Of a stretch of 32,000 nt of DNA, positions 9,956 to 16,356 are shown piece after piece; the stretch's first letter is position 1; each line of letters opens with the position of its first letter. Below the pieces are notes generated by a model, which searched no databases, had not been told where the DNA came from, and saw only the letters and a list, made by a program, of their open reading frames with translations. The translations under genes and the position numbers were made by a program. The DNA is from Methanococcus maripaludis (GTDB lineage: Archaea > AGJL01 > Methanococci > Methanococcales > Methanococcaceae): contig NZ_CP026606.1 of assembly GCF_002945325.1 (NCBI RefSeq), positions 900,001-932,000 on the forward strand, in the 5' to 3' direction.

Positions 9956-10516
9956 CTAATTTACTTTTACGCCCAATTCTGAAAGTATGTCTTTTGGGAA
10001 CGGTTTTATGATATAGTATACCAAAATACATGAGAGCAGTTTATCTACTAAATTTGCAGGTATTCTGGCCAAAAACGCTGATGAAAAAATATCCTGGCCT
10101 GAATGTAAAAATACCGCTGTTAAAAGGTCAACGCCTCCCCCAACAAGTCCGCCGTATAAATAAACTGCGATTGGAGTTCCAACCATTGGTGCAATTATTG
10201 CAAGCACTAACCCAACAATTACTGAATTTTTAAGATTTATTCCGTGTTTAACTGCAACATATCCTGAAACAAGCCCGATTACAATATTTACTATTGAAAA
10301 TGGGATATATGACGGGTCGAGTATAAATCCAAGAAGAATGTTTGTAAAAAAACCCACCAAAGCTCCTCCAACAGGACCTAACAAAAATCCACTTAAAACA
10401 GTACCGATACTATCTAAAAATATAGGCAATTTTAAAAAAGTTGCAATTTGGCCCCCTATTGCATTTATTGCGATTCCAACAGGGATTGTTGTCATATAAA
10501 GTACTTTTTTATCCAT
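9956..10516 (-). CDS. ECF-transporter S-component-like membrane protein (paralogue A)
   Basis: 186 aa with 5-6 predicted TM helices. Motifs LPIFLDSIGT, LGPVGGALVG..TN, YGG..GGG and DK are shared with the neighbouring paralogue and are typical of small substrate-capture (S) components. SD GGTGG precedes the ATG. Confidence 0.65.
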   Translation of the reverse strand: MDKKVLYMTTIPVGIAINAIGGQIATFLKLPIFLDSIGTVLSGFLLGPVGGALVGFFTNILLGFILDPSYIPFSIVNIVIGLVSGYVAVKHGINLKNSVIVGLVLAIIAPMVGTPIAVYLYGGLVGGGVDLLTAVFLHSGQDIFSSAFLARIPANLVDKLLSCILVYYIIKPFPKDILSELGVKVN

Positions 10517-10618
10517 GATACCACCGTCAATTTAATGGTAGTACTTCTGAAATATAAAGTATATAATAATGTCATTAAAATTATTAATAGTTAATAAACC
10601 CAATAAAAAAATAAAAGA

Positions 10619-11179
10619 TTAATTCCCAAGTTTTAAGTTATAAATGGAAAGTTTGTCCTGCAAAACATATATCATAAAAAATGCAGAGATAAATGAGATA
10701 ATTTTGTCTGCAAAATTGGTATACAGGCCTGCTGCAAATGCTGCTGTTGGAATACTTTCTCCAAAAGCAGTTAAAGTCTGGGTAATGTGGCCTACACCCC
10801 CTTCAGTAATTCCACCAAAGAAATATATCGAAAGAAGGTTTCCCATAATTGAAGAGACTATCGAGACAACTATTGCGGCAAGGAATATGTTTTTAATATT
10901 AATTTGATTTTTATACAACAGTATACCTGTTGTAAGTCCGATTAAAACATTTACTACTGAAAAAAGAAAGTTTTCTTCAGATAGTAAACATCCGGTTATC
11001 AAATTCGTAATAAGTCCTACAAGGGCCCCGATATGAGGGCCCAAAATTATTGCACTAAATATCGTTCCAATACTATCAAGATAAAGCGGAAATAAATATA
11101 TGCTTTCTAGATACGTACCAAAAACATTTAGTCCGATACTAAACATTAGTATCCCTGAAAATAACATTCCGTATTTCAA
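10619..11179 (-). CDS. ECF-transporter S-component-like membrane protein (paralogue B)
   Basis: 186 aa, the same length and motif order as 9956-10516 (FPLYLDSIGT, LGPHIGALVG..TN, FGG..EGG, DK). TTG start lies 5 nt after GGGGGAGGA. Its own TATA (TTTATATATTA) lies at about 11223-11233. Confidence 0.65.
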   Translation of the reverse strand: MKYGMLFSGILMFSIGLNVFGTYLESIYLFPLYLDSIGTIFSAIILGPHIGALVGLITNLITGCLLSEENFLFSVVNVLIGLTTGILLYKNQINIKNIFLAAIVVSIVSSIMGNLLSIYFFGGITEGGVGHITQTLTAFGESIPTAAFAAGLYTNFADKIISFISAFFMIYVLQDKLSIYNLKLGN

Positions 11180-11268
11180 AAAAATTCCTCCCCCAAATGA
11201 ATGTTAATCATATCTGAGAAAGTAATATATAAATGTTAATAGTGGGTTAAAATCGTCTGATTTTGTAA

Positions 11269-11886
11269 TCACTTTTTAACGGGACATATTTCTTCGCAGT
11301 CTTTACAGAAAATACATGAATTTAGATCTACTTTAATAATTTTGGACTTTAATGAATCTTTTGGGGATTTTAATGCATTAAGGGGGCAGAATTCAACACA
11401 CTTAAGGCATAAATTACATTTTGAATTTATTGAAATTTTGCCATCTTCAAAAGAAATTGCTTTTTGAGGGCATTTTTGAATACACAGTTTACAGTTATTG
11501 CACTCATTGGTAACTTCAGGAACATTTAAAACAGGTATTTCGTTTTTTAAAATTGGAATTGTGCAAAATATTGAACATACTCCGCATTTTATGCATTTTT
11601 CAGAATCAACTGAAAATCGATTTTTTTCAATTGCATCAACAGGACATACATTCAAACACGCACCGCAGTGTTCACAGATTATATCTCGAAATTTAAAAAC
11701 AGATATCGCATTTGTTGGACATACATCAACGCATAAACCGCAGCATATGCAATCTTCAAGTTCTGGATTTGTGGTTTCTCCAATAATTTCAGGATTTTTG
11801 TATGATCTGAACAGGTTGAAAAAAATATTTTTTAAAAATTTTCCTTTTGAAAAAATTTTGTTAAACTCTTCGCCTTCGTGAGACAT
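11269..11886 (-). CDS. polyferredoxin with six [4Fe-4S]-type cysteine motifs
   Basis: Six CxxCxxCxxxC(P) motifs: CICCGLCVDVCP, CEHCGACLNVCP, CIKCGVCSIFC, CNNCKLCIQKCP, CNLCLKCVEFCP, CIFCKDCEEICP. They follow a Cys-free N-terminal segment of about 45 aa. Confidence 0.9.
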   Translation of the reverse strand: MSHEGEEFNKIFSKGKFLKNIFFNLFRSYKNPEIIGETTNPELEDCICCGLCVDVCPTNAISVFKFRDIICEHCGACLNVCPVDAIEKNRFSVDSEKCIKCGVCSIFCTIPILKNEIPVLNVPEVTNECNNCKLCIQKCPQKAISFEDGKISINSKCNLCLKCVEFCPLNALKSPKDSLKSKIIKVDLNSCIFCKDCEEICPVKK

Positions 11887-11931
11887 GTTTTCACAATAAA
11901 TCCAAATATATCGATTATAATAATTATTATT

Positions 11932-11937
11932 AAAAAA
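11932..11937 (-). terminator. oligo-T tract (T6 on the minus strand) immediately after the last tRNA of the operon
   Basis: The minus strand reads ...CCAGAGCGC-TTTTTT-AATAAT directly after the tRNA-Asp 3' end. Oligo-T is the usual archaeal termination signal. Confidence 0.5.
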
Positions 11938-11938
11938 G

Positions 11939-12013
11939 CGCTCTGGCCGGGATTTGAACCCGAGTCACAGGAGTGACAGTCCTGTATGATAGGCCGAGCT
12001 ACACCACCAGAGC
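11939..12013 (-). tRNA. tRNA-Asp (anticodon GUC), copy 1
   Basis: The reverse complement folds as a cloverleaf. The acceptor is GCTCTGG/CCAGAGC, the anticodon stem-loop is CAGGA-CTGTCAC-TCCTG, and the T-loop is GGTTCAAATCC. No CCA is encoded. Confidence 0.95.
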
Positions 12014-12033
12014 ATGTGAAAGTAAATTTTGAG

Positions 12034-12107
12034 CGGGCCCGAAGGGATTCGAACCCTCGACCGCCTGATTAAAAGTCAGGCGCTCTACCAGACTAAGCTA
12101 CGGGCCC
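12034..12107 (-). tRNA. tRNA-Lys (anticodon UUU), copy 1
   Basis: Acceptor GGGCCCG/CGGGCCC, anticodon stem-loop CCTGA-CTTTTAA-TCAGG, T-arm GAGGGTTCGAATCCCTT. No CCA is encoded. Confidence 0.95.
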
Positions 12108-12140
12108 AGATTGCGTTTTGTATTGAAAATAGAAATAAGG

Positions 12141-12215
12141 CGCTCTGGCCGGGATTTGAACCCGAGTCACAGGAGTGACAGTCCTGTATGATAGGCCGAG
12201 CTACACCACCAGAGC
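12141..12215 (-). tRNA. tRNA-Asp (anticodon GUC), copy 2
   Basis: Sequence identical to 11939-12013, including short flanks (84-nt identity 11938-12021 = 12140-12223). Confidence 0.95.
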
Positions 12216-12229
12216 ATGTGAAATAAAAA

Positions 12230-12350
12230 GTGACTAACAGCGTCACATTGTTCCCACCAGATGGCAGTACTTAATGAATCGCAGGAGGGCTTAATTTCCG
12301 AGATCGGGATGGGATCGGATGTAACTCCTCCGCTATGACCGTTATGTCAG
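12230..12350 (-). rRNA. 5S ribosomal RNA (orphan copy embedded in the tRNA operon); ends approximate to within a few nt
   Basis: The reverse complement reads ..TGACATAACGGTCATAGCGGAGGAGTTACATCCGATCCCATCCCGATCTCGGAAATTAAGCCCTCCTGCGATTCATTAAGTACTGCCATCTGGTGGGAACAATGTGACGCTGTTAGTCA. It contains the universal 5S blocks (GGTCATAGCGG; CCCATCCCGAxCTCGGAAxTTAAGC; AGTACTG...TGGGA) and terminal helix I pairing. Confidence 0.9.
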
Positions 12351-12386
12351 ACCCTTCAGAGTTATTAACTCTGATAAATTTTTGAG

Positions 12387-12460
12387 CGGGCCCGAAGGGA
12401 TTCGAACCCTCGACCGCCTGATTAAAAGTCAGGCGCTCTACCAGACTAAGCTACGGGCCC
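12387..12460 (-). tRNA. tRNA-Lys (anticodon UUU), copy 2
   Basis: Identical to 12034-12107, including the TTTTGAGC 3' flank (81-nt identity 12027-12107 = 12380-12460). Confidence 0.95.
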
Positions 12461-12476
12461 CGAAATAATATATGAG

Positions 12477-12550
12477 TCCCGCGAGCCGGATTTGAACCAG
12501 CGACATGCGGATCTACAGTCCGCCGTTCTACCAGTCTGAACTATCGCGGG
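12477..12550 (-). tRNA. tRNA-Tyr (anticodon GUA)
   Basis: Acceptor CCCGCGA/TCGCGGG, anticodon stem-loop GCGGA-CTGTAGA-TCCGC, T-arm GCTGGTTCAAATCCGGC. Confidence 0.95.
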
Positions 12551-12558
12551 AATATAAG

Positions 12559-12635
12559 TGGTGGGCCTGCCCAGATTCGAACTGGGGTTTCAGGATCCCA
12601 AATCCCAAAGGATGACCAGGCTACCCCACAGGCCC
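12559..12635 (-). tRNA. tRNA-Pro (anticodon UGG), with genomically encoded 3' CCA
   Basis: Acceptor GGGCCTG/CAGGCCC, anticodon loop TTTGGGA, T-arm CCCAGTTCGAATCTGGG. The 3' end reads CAGGCCC-A-CCA. It is the only tRNA in the cluster with an encoded CCA. Confidence 0.93.
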
Positions 12636-12681
12636 ATTTGACAATTATTATTTGAACTTACCTATTTATAAAGGTAACTCA

Positions 12682-12755
12682 AGCCCCGGGGGGGATTCGA
12701 ACCCCCGACCACCTGATTACAAGTCAGGCGCTCTACCAGGCTGAGCCACCGAGGC
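12682..12755 (-). tRNA. tRNA-Thr (anticodon UGU)
   Basis: Acceptor GCCTCGG/CCGGGGC, anticodon stem-loop CCTGA-CTTGTAA-TCAGG, T-arm GGGGGTTCGAATCCCCC. Confidence 0.95.
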
Positions 12756-12763
12756 AATTTGTT

Positions 12764-12797
12764 CGCATACTCAATAATAGTATCATTATATATAAAG
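12764..12797 (-). promoter_or_regulatory. stable-RNA promoter of the tRNA/5S operon (box A TATA plus box B start region)
   Basis: The minus strand reads GCTTTATATATAATGATACTATTATTGAGTATGCGAAC. TTTATATATA (12796-12787) is followed 22-24 nt later by ATGC (about 12766), about 10 nt upstream of the tRNA-Thr 5' end. This is the classic Methanococcus box A/box B arrangement. Confidence 0.65.
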
Positions 12798-12912
12798 CTT
12801 TCGGTAGTTCTTTTTGGTAAATTATTTTTCAAATAATTATCGTGTTTTATGTTTTAAAAAGGTAGTATAAAAATTCAATTTAAAATAAAAATTGAGGTAA
12901 GTTTAAACAAAA

Positions 12913-13812
12913 TTAAATTCCTCTTTTTGCAAGAAGCTTTTCTTCTGGAATTTCATCAATATTAATTCCGACCATTGCTTCTCCTAAGTTTTTGCTTACT
13001 TCCCCGATTACGTCTGCTTTATCGAAGTTGTAGGTTGCTTCAACAATTGCTTTTGCTCTTGTTGCAGGGTTTCCTGATTTAAAGATTCCTGAGCCTACAA
13101 ATACCCCGTCACATCCCATTTGCATCATTAAAGCTGCGTCTGCAGGTGTTGCAATTCCACCAGCTGCAAAGTTTACAACGGGAAGTCTTTTGAGTTCTGC
13201 AACTTCTGAAATGAGTTCCATTGGAACTTTTAATTCGTTTCTTGCCATTTGAATTAATTCTGCTTCAAGACCCATTTCTTTGTATCCAACAACTCTTGCA
13301 ATTCCTTCGTTAACTGCCCTCATGTGTTTTACAGCTTCAACAACGTTTCCAGTTCCAGCTTCCCCTTTGGTCCTAATCATTGCTGCTCCTTCATCGATTC
13401 TTCTCAAAGCTTCGCCCAAGTTTCTTGCACCGCAGACAAATGGTGCTGTAAATGCTCGTTTGTCGATGTGGTTTACTTCATCAGCGGGCGTTAAAACTTC
13501 ACTCTCGTCAACCATGTCAACACCGATTGATTCTAACACCTGGGCTTCCACATAGTGTCCTATTCTTGCTTTTGCCATTACTGGAATAGATACTGCGTCT
13601 TTAATTTCTAAAATCATTTCTGGGTCAGACATTCTTGCAACGCCACCCTGCACCCTAATATCCGCAGGAACTCTTTCTAAAGCCATTACAGCAGCAGCAC
13701 CTGCTTCTTCTGCAATCAATGCCTGTTCCACGTTTGTAACATCCATTACAACCCCGTGTTTTACCATTTTCGCAAATCCCCTTTTTAAAAGGTCTGTTCC
13801 TAATTTTTTCAT
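12913..13812 (-). CDS. pdxS: pyridoxal 5'-phosphate synthase, lyase subunit PdxS
   Basis: Highly conserved PdxS sequence ([79 protein letters not shown]). The start is trimmed to the ATG at 13812, which follows a GGAGAG SD. The listed longer ORF would run into the TATA box at 13875-13882. Confidence 0.95.
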   Translation of the reverse strand: MKKLGTDLLKRGFAKMVKHGVVMDVTNVEQALIAEEAGAAAVMALERVPADIRVQGGVARMSDPEMILEIKDAVSIPVMAKARIGHYVEAQVLESIGVDMVDESEVLTPADEVNHIDKRAFTAPFVCGARNLGEALRRIDEGAAMIRTKGEAGTGNVVEAVKHMRAVNEGIARVVGYKEMGLEAELIQMARNELKVPMELISEVAELKRLPVVNFAAGGIATPADAALMMQMGCDGVFVGSGIFKSGNPATRAKAIVEATYNFDKADVIGEVSKNLGEAMVGINIDEIPEEKLLAKRGI

Positions 13813-13874
13813 GTTATCTCTCCATTTTAGATACGTTCCATATACTACGCGTTTCAAAATTAATTTTGTTTTCA

Positions 13875-13882
13875 AATATAAA
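13875..13882 (-). promoter_or_regulatory. putative TATA box for pdxS
   Basis: The minus strand reads CTTTTTTATATTTG, with TTTATATT about 60 nt upstream of the ATG at 13812. Confidence 0.4.
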
Positions 13883-13930
13883 AAAGTATGTTGATTTTTT
13901 AATATTTTAATTTAAAAAAGATAATTAATA

Positions 13931-14569
13931 TTAAAAGCCATTTTCACCAATTAATGGAACAAATGCAACCTCTAAAAGTTTTTCTTCGGATATACTACCG
14001 TTTATTTTCGTATATCTCATTAGCGTTTGAAAGTGGGCCCCAACGGGTGCAATTAAAATTCCACCATCATGTAACTGTTCGATAAGTGCTTTTGGAACAT
14101 CCGGACCTGATGCAGTGACATATATCCTATCGTATGGAGCATTTTCTAAATAACCTTTTGTACCGTCCCCGAAAACCACTTCAACGTTATTATATCCAAG
14201 TTCTGAGATTATTTTCTTTGAATTTTCAAAAAGTTCAGGTATCCTCTCGATAGTTGTAACTTTTCCAGATTCGCCAACAATTTCTGAAACTACTGCTGCA
14301 TGATAGCCTGAGCCAGTTCCAACTTCAAGTACATTCTGTCCCTCATCCAGATCAAGTTCTTCGCACATTATTCCAACCATGTGTATTGCAGAAATAGTCT
14401 GCCCATATCCTATCCCTAAAGGGCTATCAACATACGCATAACTTTCCATACTCTTCGAAATAAATTTGTGCCGTGGAACACTTAAAAGTGCATCGATTAC
14501 ACTTTGTTTTTTAATATATCCCTTTGAAATCAGGTTTTCAATAACTGAAACAATTTCATTTAAAGGCAT
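13931..14569 (-). CDS. pcm: protein-L-isoaspartate O-methyltransferase
   Basis: SAM-binding motif VLEVGTGSGYHAAV, plus PRHKF, SAIHMV and YDRIYVTA, typical of Pcm. The listed start (14581) is a GTG within the SD GGGGTGG, so I use ATG 14569 (MPLNE...). Confidence 0.9.
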   Translation of the reverse strand: MPLNEIVSVIENLISKGYIKKQSVIDALLSVPRHKFISKSMESYAYVDSPLGIGYGQTISAIHMVGIMCEELDLDEGQNVLEVGTGSGYHAAVVSEIVGESGKVTTIERIPELFENSKKIISELGYNNVEVVFGDGTKGYLENAPYDRIYVTASGPDVPKALIEQLHDGGILIAPVGAHFQTLMRYTKINGSISEEKLLEVAFVPLIGENGF

Positions 14570-14658
14570 GTACCCAACCACCCCCTGTTAAAAAAATTGT
14601 TTAATATTTATATGTTCAAAAAGATATATAATTCGGCTCTAAACTCTTTGGTGAATAT

Positions 14659-15144
14659 ATGGAAAATCTTGAAAATGCACTTGGAAAGTATCATAACATT
14701 AAATTGAAACATGTAATACCTCCTGTAGACATGATGCCTGTTGTTTGCTATAATGACCCAATAATTAAGGTTATGGAACTTTTAAGATCACGACACCACG
14801 TTTGGGTTATAAATTGTAAAGAAGAAGGCAGTTTGCTTGGTGTTATTAAATATTTGAGTGTAATTGACTTTTTACTTCCTCCAGACAAGCATAACCTGTA
14901 CATAGGCAGTACTCGTTCTGCATTGAAATCCGTTATTGGCGGTGCAAAAACTGCAAAAGAAGTCATGGAAAAAAATGCACTCACTATCAATCATAATTCT
15001 ACAGTTATCGATGCACTGTTAAAGATGAAACGGTACAATGTGCAGATATTGGCAGTTTTAAATGACGAAGAAAGGTTAATTGGAGAAATAAGTTTAAAAA
15101 TATTAATTGACAAATTTTTAAGTCTTTGTTTGGCTCAAGAATAA
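14659..15144 (+). CDS. CBS-domain pair protein
   Basis: Two CBS-like repeats (..VWVINCKEEGSLLGVIKYLSVIDFL.. and ..ILAVLNDEERLIGEISLKILIDKFL..). Confidence 0.85.
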   Translation: MENLENALGKYHNIKLKHVIPPVDMMPVVCYNDPIIKVMELLRSRHHVWVINCKEEGSLLGVIKYLSVIDFLLPPDKHNLYIGSTRSALKSVIGGAKTAKEVMEKNALTINHNSTVIDALLKMKRYNVQILAVLNDEERLIGEISLKILIDKFLSLCLAQE

Positions 15145-15158
15145 TTAGAGGGGTTTTA

Positions 15159-16337
15159 ATGGATATTAGCTGGGTGTTGTTTACCATTGGAATTGCGATA
15201 ATCTTTGGTAAACTTGGTGACCACCTGATGAATAAATTAGGATTTCCGGGAGTTCTCGGTGAAATGATTATGGGAATGATCCTTGGAAATCTAGTATATT
15301 TTGGATTAGTAAGTCCTGACCATCTCACAATTCAGAATAATGAAATTTTTGATTTTTTATCACGTTTAGGCATTATATTTTTGTTATTTTTAGGTGGGCT
15401 TGATACTGACCTGTCGGTTTTAAAGAAAACTGGCAAAATTGCTACAGTTTCTACTGTTTTTGGTGTTTTGGTTCCGCTTGTAATGGGTTACCTTGCACTG
15501 CAGTATATGGGTTACACTGCCGCTGAATCGTTTGCAGGAGGAGTGGTATTAACTGCAACGAGTATTGGAATTACTGTAAGGGTAATGATGGACATGGGTG
15601 TTTTAAAAAGTGAAGTTGGTGCAGCATCGCTCAGTGCCAGCATTATGGACGATTTTTTAGGCATAATGCTGATAATATTTGCAGTTGGTACTGGAAGCAT
15701 CCTTGGACTTTTAGGAAAATTCGCAATTTTCTTTATAATTACAGGATTCCTTGCCATGAAACTTGTAAATAAGTTTATTTCGTTTTCAGAAAAACTCCAT
15801 GTAGAAAAAGGAATACTGTCTCTTGCAATAGCAGTCATGTTTTTATTCTCATTTTTAGCAGAAAATTGGTTTGAGGCCGCTATTGAAGGCTCATTTATGG
15901 CAGGTTTAGTACTTTCAAGAACTGCCGAAGGTAAAAACTTAATTGAAGACGTTAAAACAATAGGCTACAGTATATTAATCCCTTTATTCTTCGTATATAC
16001 GGGGGCATCCTTAAATTTAACAATTTTTGGAGATTTTGATGCACTCTACCTTGCTTTAGTACTAACTGCAATTGCAATTGTAAGTAAAGTCGTTGGAAGA
16101 GGATTTGGTGCGAGAATCATGGGTTGGAATATGAAAAAATCGCTTCAAATGGGGATTGGATCGATTCCTCGAGCAGAAATTGCATTGATCAACCTTATGG
16201 TTGCAATACATGCAGGAGTAATTTCTGAATCCAATGTCGGAAAATTCATTGCTGCAACAATGATATTCATTACAATATCGATTATTTCAACACCGCCACT
16301 ATTAAAATGGGCATTTACAGAAGAAGTAGAAAATTAA
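15159..16337 (+). CDS. monovalent cation:proton antiporter (CPA2 / NapA-Kef type)
   Basis: N-terminus IIFGKLGDHLMNKLGFPGVLGEMIMGMILG is typical of CPA2 antiporters, with 11-13 hydrophobic segments. Start ATG 15159 follows a TAGAGGGG SD. The upstream part of the listed ORF overlaps the CBS gene. Confidence 0.85.
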   Translation: MDISWVLFTIGIAIIFGKLGDHLMNKLGFPGVLGEMIMGMILGNLVYFGLVSPDHLTIQNNEIFDFLSRLGIIFLLFLGGLDTDLSVLKKTGKIATVSTVFGVLVPLVMGYLALQYMGYTAAESFAGGVVLTATSIGITVRVMMDMGVLKSEVGAASLSASIMDDFLGIMLIIFAVGTGSILGLLGKFAIFFIITGFLAMKLVNKFISFSEKLHVEKGILSLAIAVMFLFSFLAENWFEAAIEGSFMAGLVLSRTAEGKNLIEDVKTIGYSILIPLFFVYTGASLNLTIFGDFDALYLALVLTAIAIVSKVVGRGFGARIMGWNMKKSLQMGIGSIPRAEIALINLMVAIHAGVISESNVGKFIAATMIFITISIISTPPLLKWAFTEEVEN

Positions 16338-16356
16338 ATCATTATTTATTCTTTTT

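Noticed and set aside
10517-10618. Possible riboswitch or leader upstream of the S-component genes (also 11180-11268), as often found for ECF transporters in bacteria.
   Set aside because: The predicted TATA-to-start distances leave leaders of only about 10-40 nt, too short for known riboswitch aptamers. No conserved aptamer-like core is visible.
11498-11881. 127-aa ORF opposite the polyferredoxin, and a 95-aa ORF (17527-17814) opposite the small ferredoxin, both rich in His/Thr/Ala/Ser.
   Set aside because: They are mirror images of Cys-codon-rich (TGY) ferredoxin genes, whose reverse complement gives RCA codons. No independent coding evidence exists.
11938-12460. Repeated 81-84-nt units, considered as a possible CRISPR-like or mobile-element repeat.
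   Set aside because: The repeats are exactly the duplicated tRNA-Asp and tRNA-Lys genes with short flanks. There are no spacers of uniform length, no cas genes, and no terminal inverted repeats or transposase.
12559-12561. The encoded CCA on tRNA-Pro only, considered as a potentially meaningful anomaly.
   Set aside because: Mixed CCA-encoding status among tRNA genes is common in archaea. I noted it in the feature but it is not of further interest.
13813-13875. N-terminal extension of pdxS ([21 protein letters not shown]...). Analogous 5' extensions occur at 1459-1467, 14570-14581, 15126-15158, 22792-22803, 23213-23227, 25507-25527 and 31673-31681.
   Set aside because: The extensions start at GTG or TTG codons inside the SD motif, or overlap TATA boxes or the upstream gene. 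Homologous families start at the downstream ATG, which has a correctly spaced SD.
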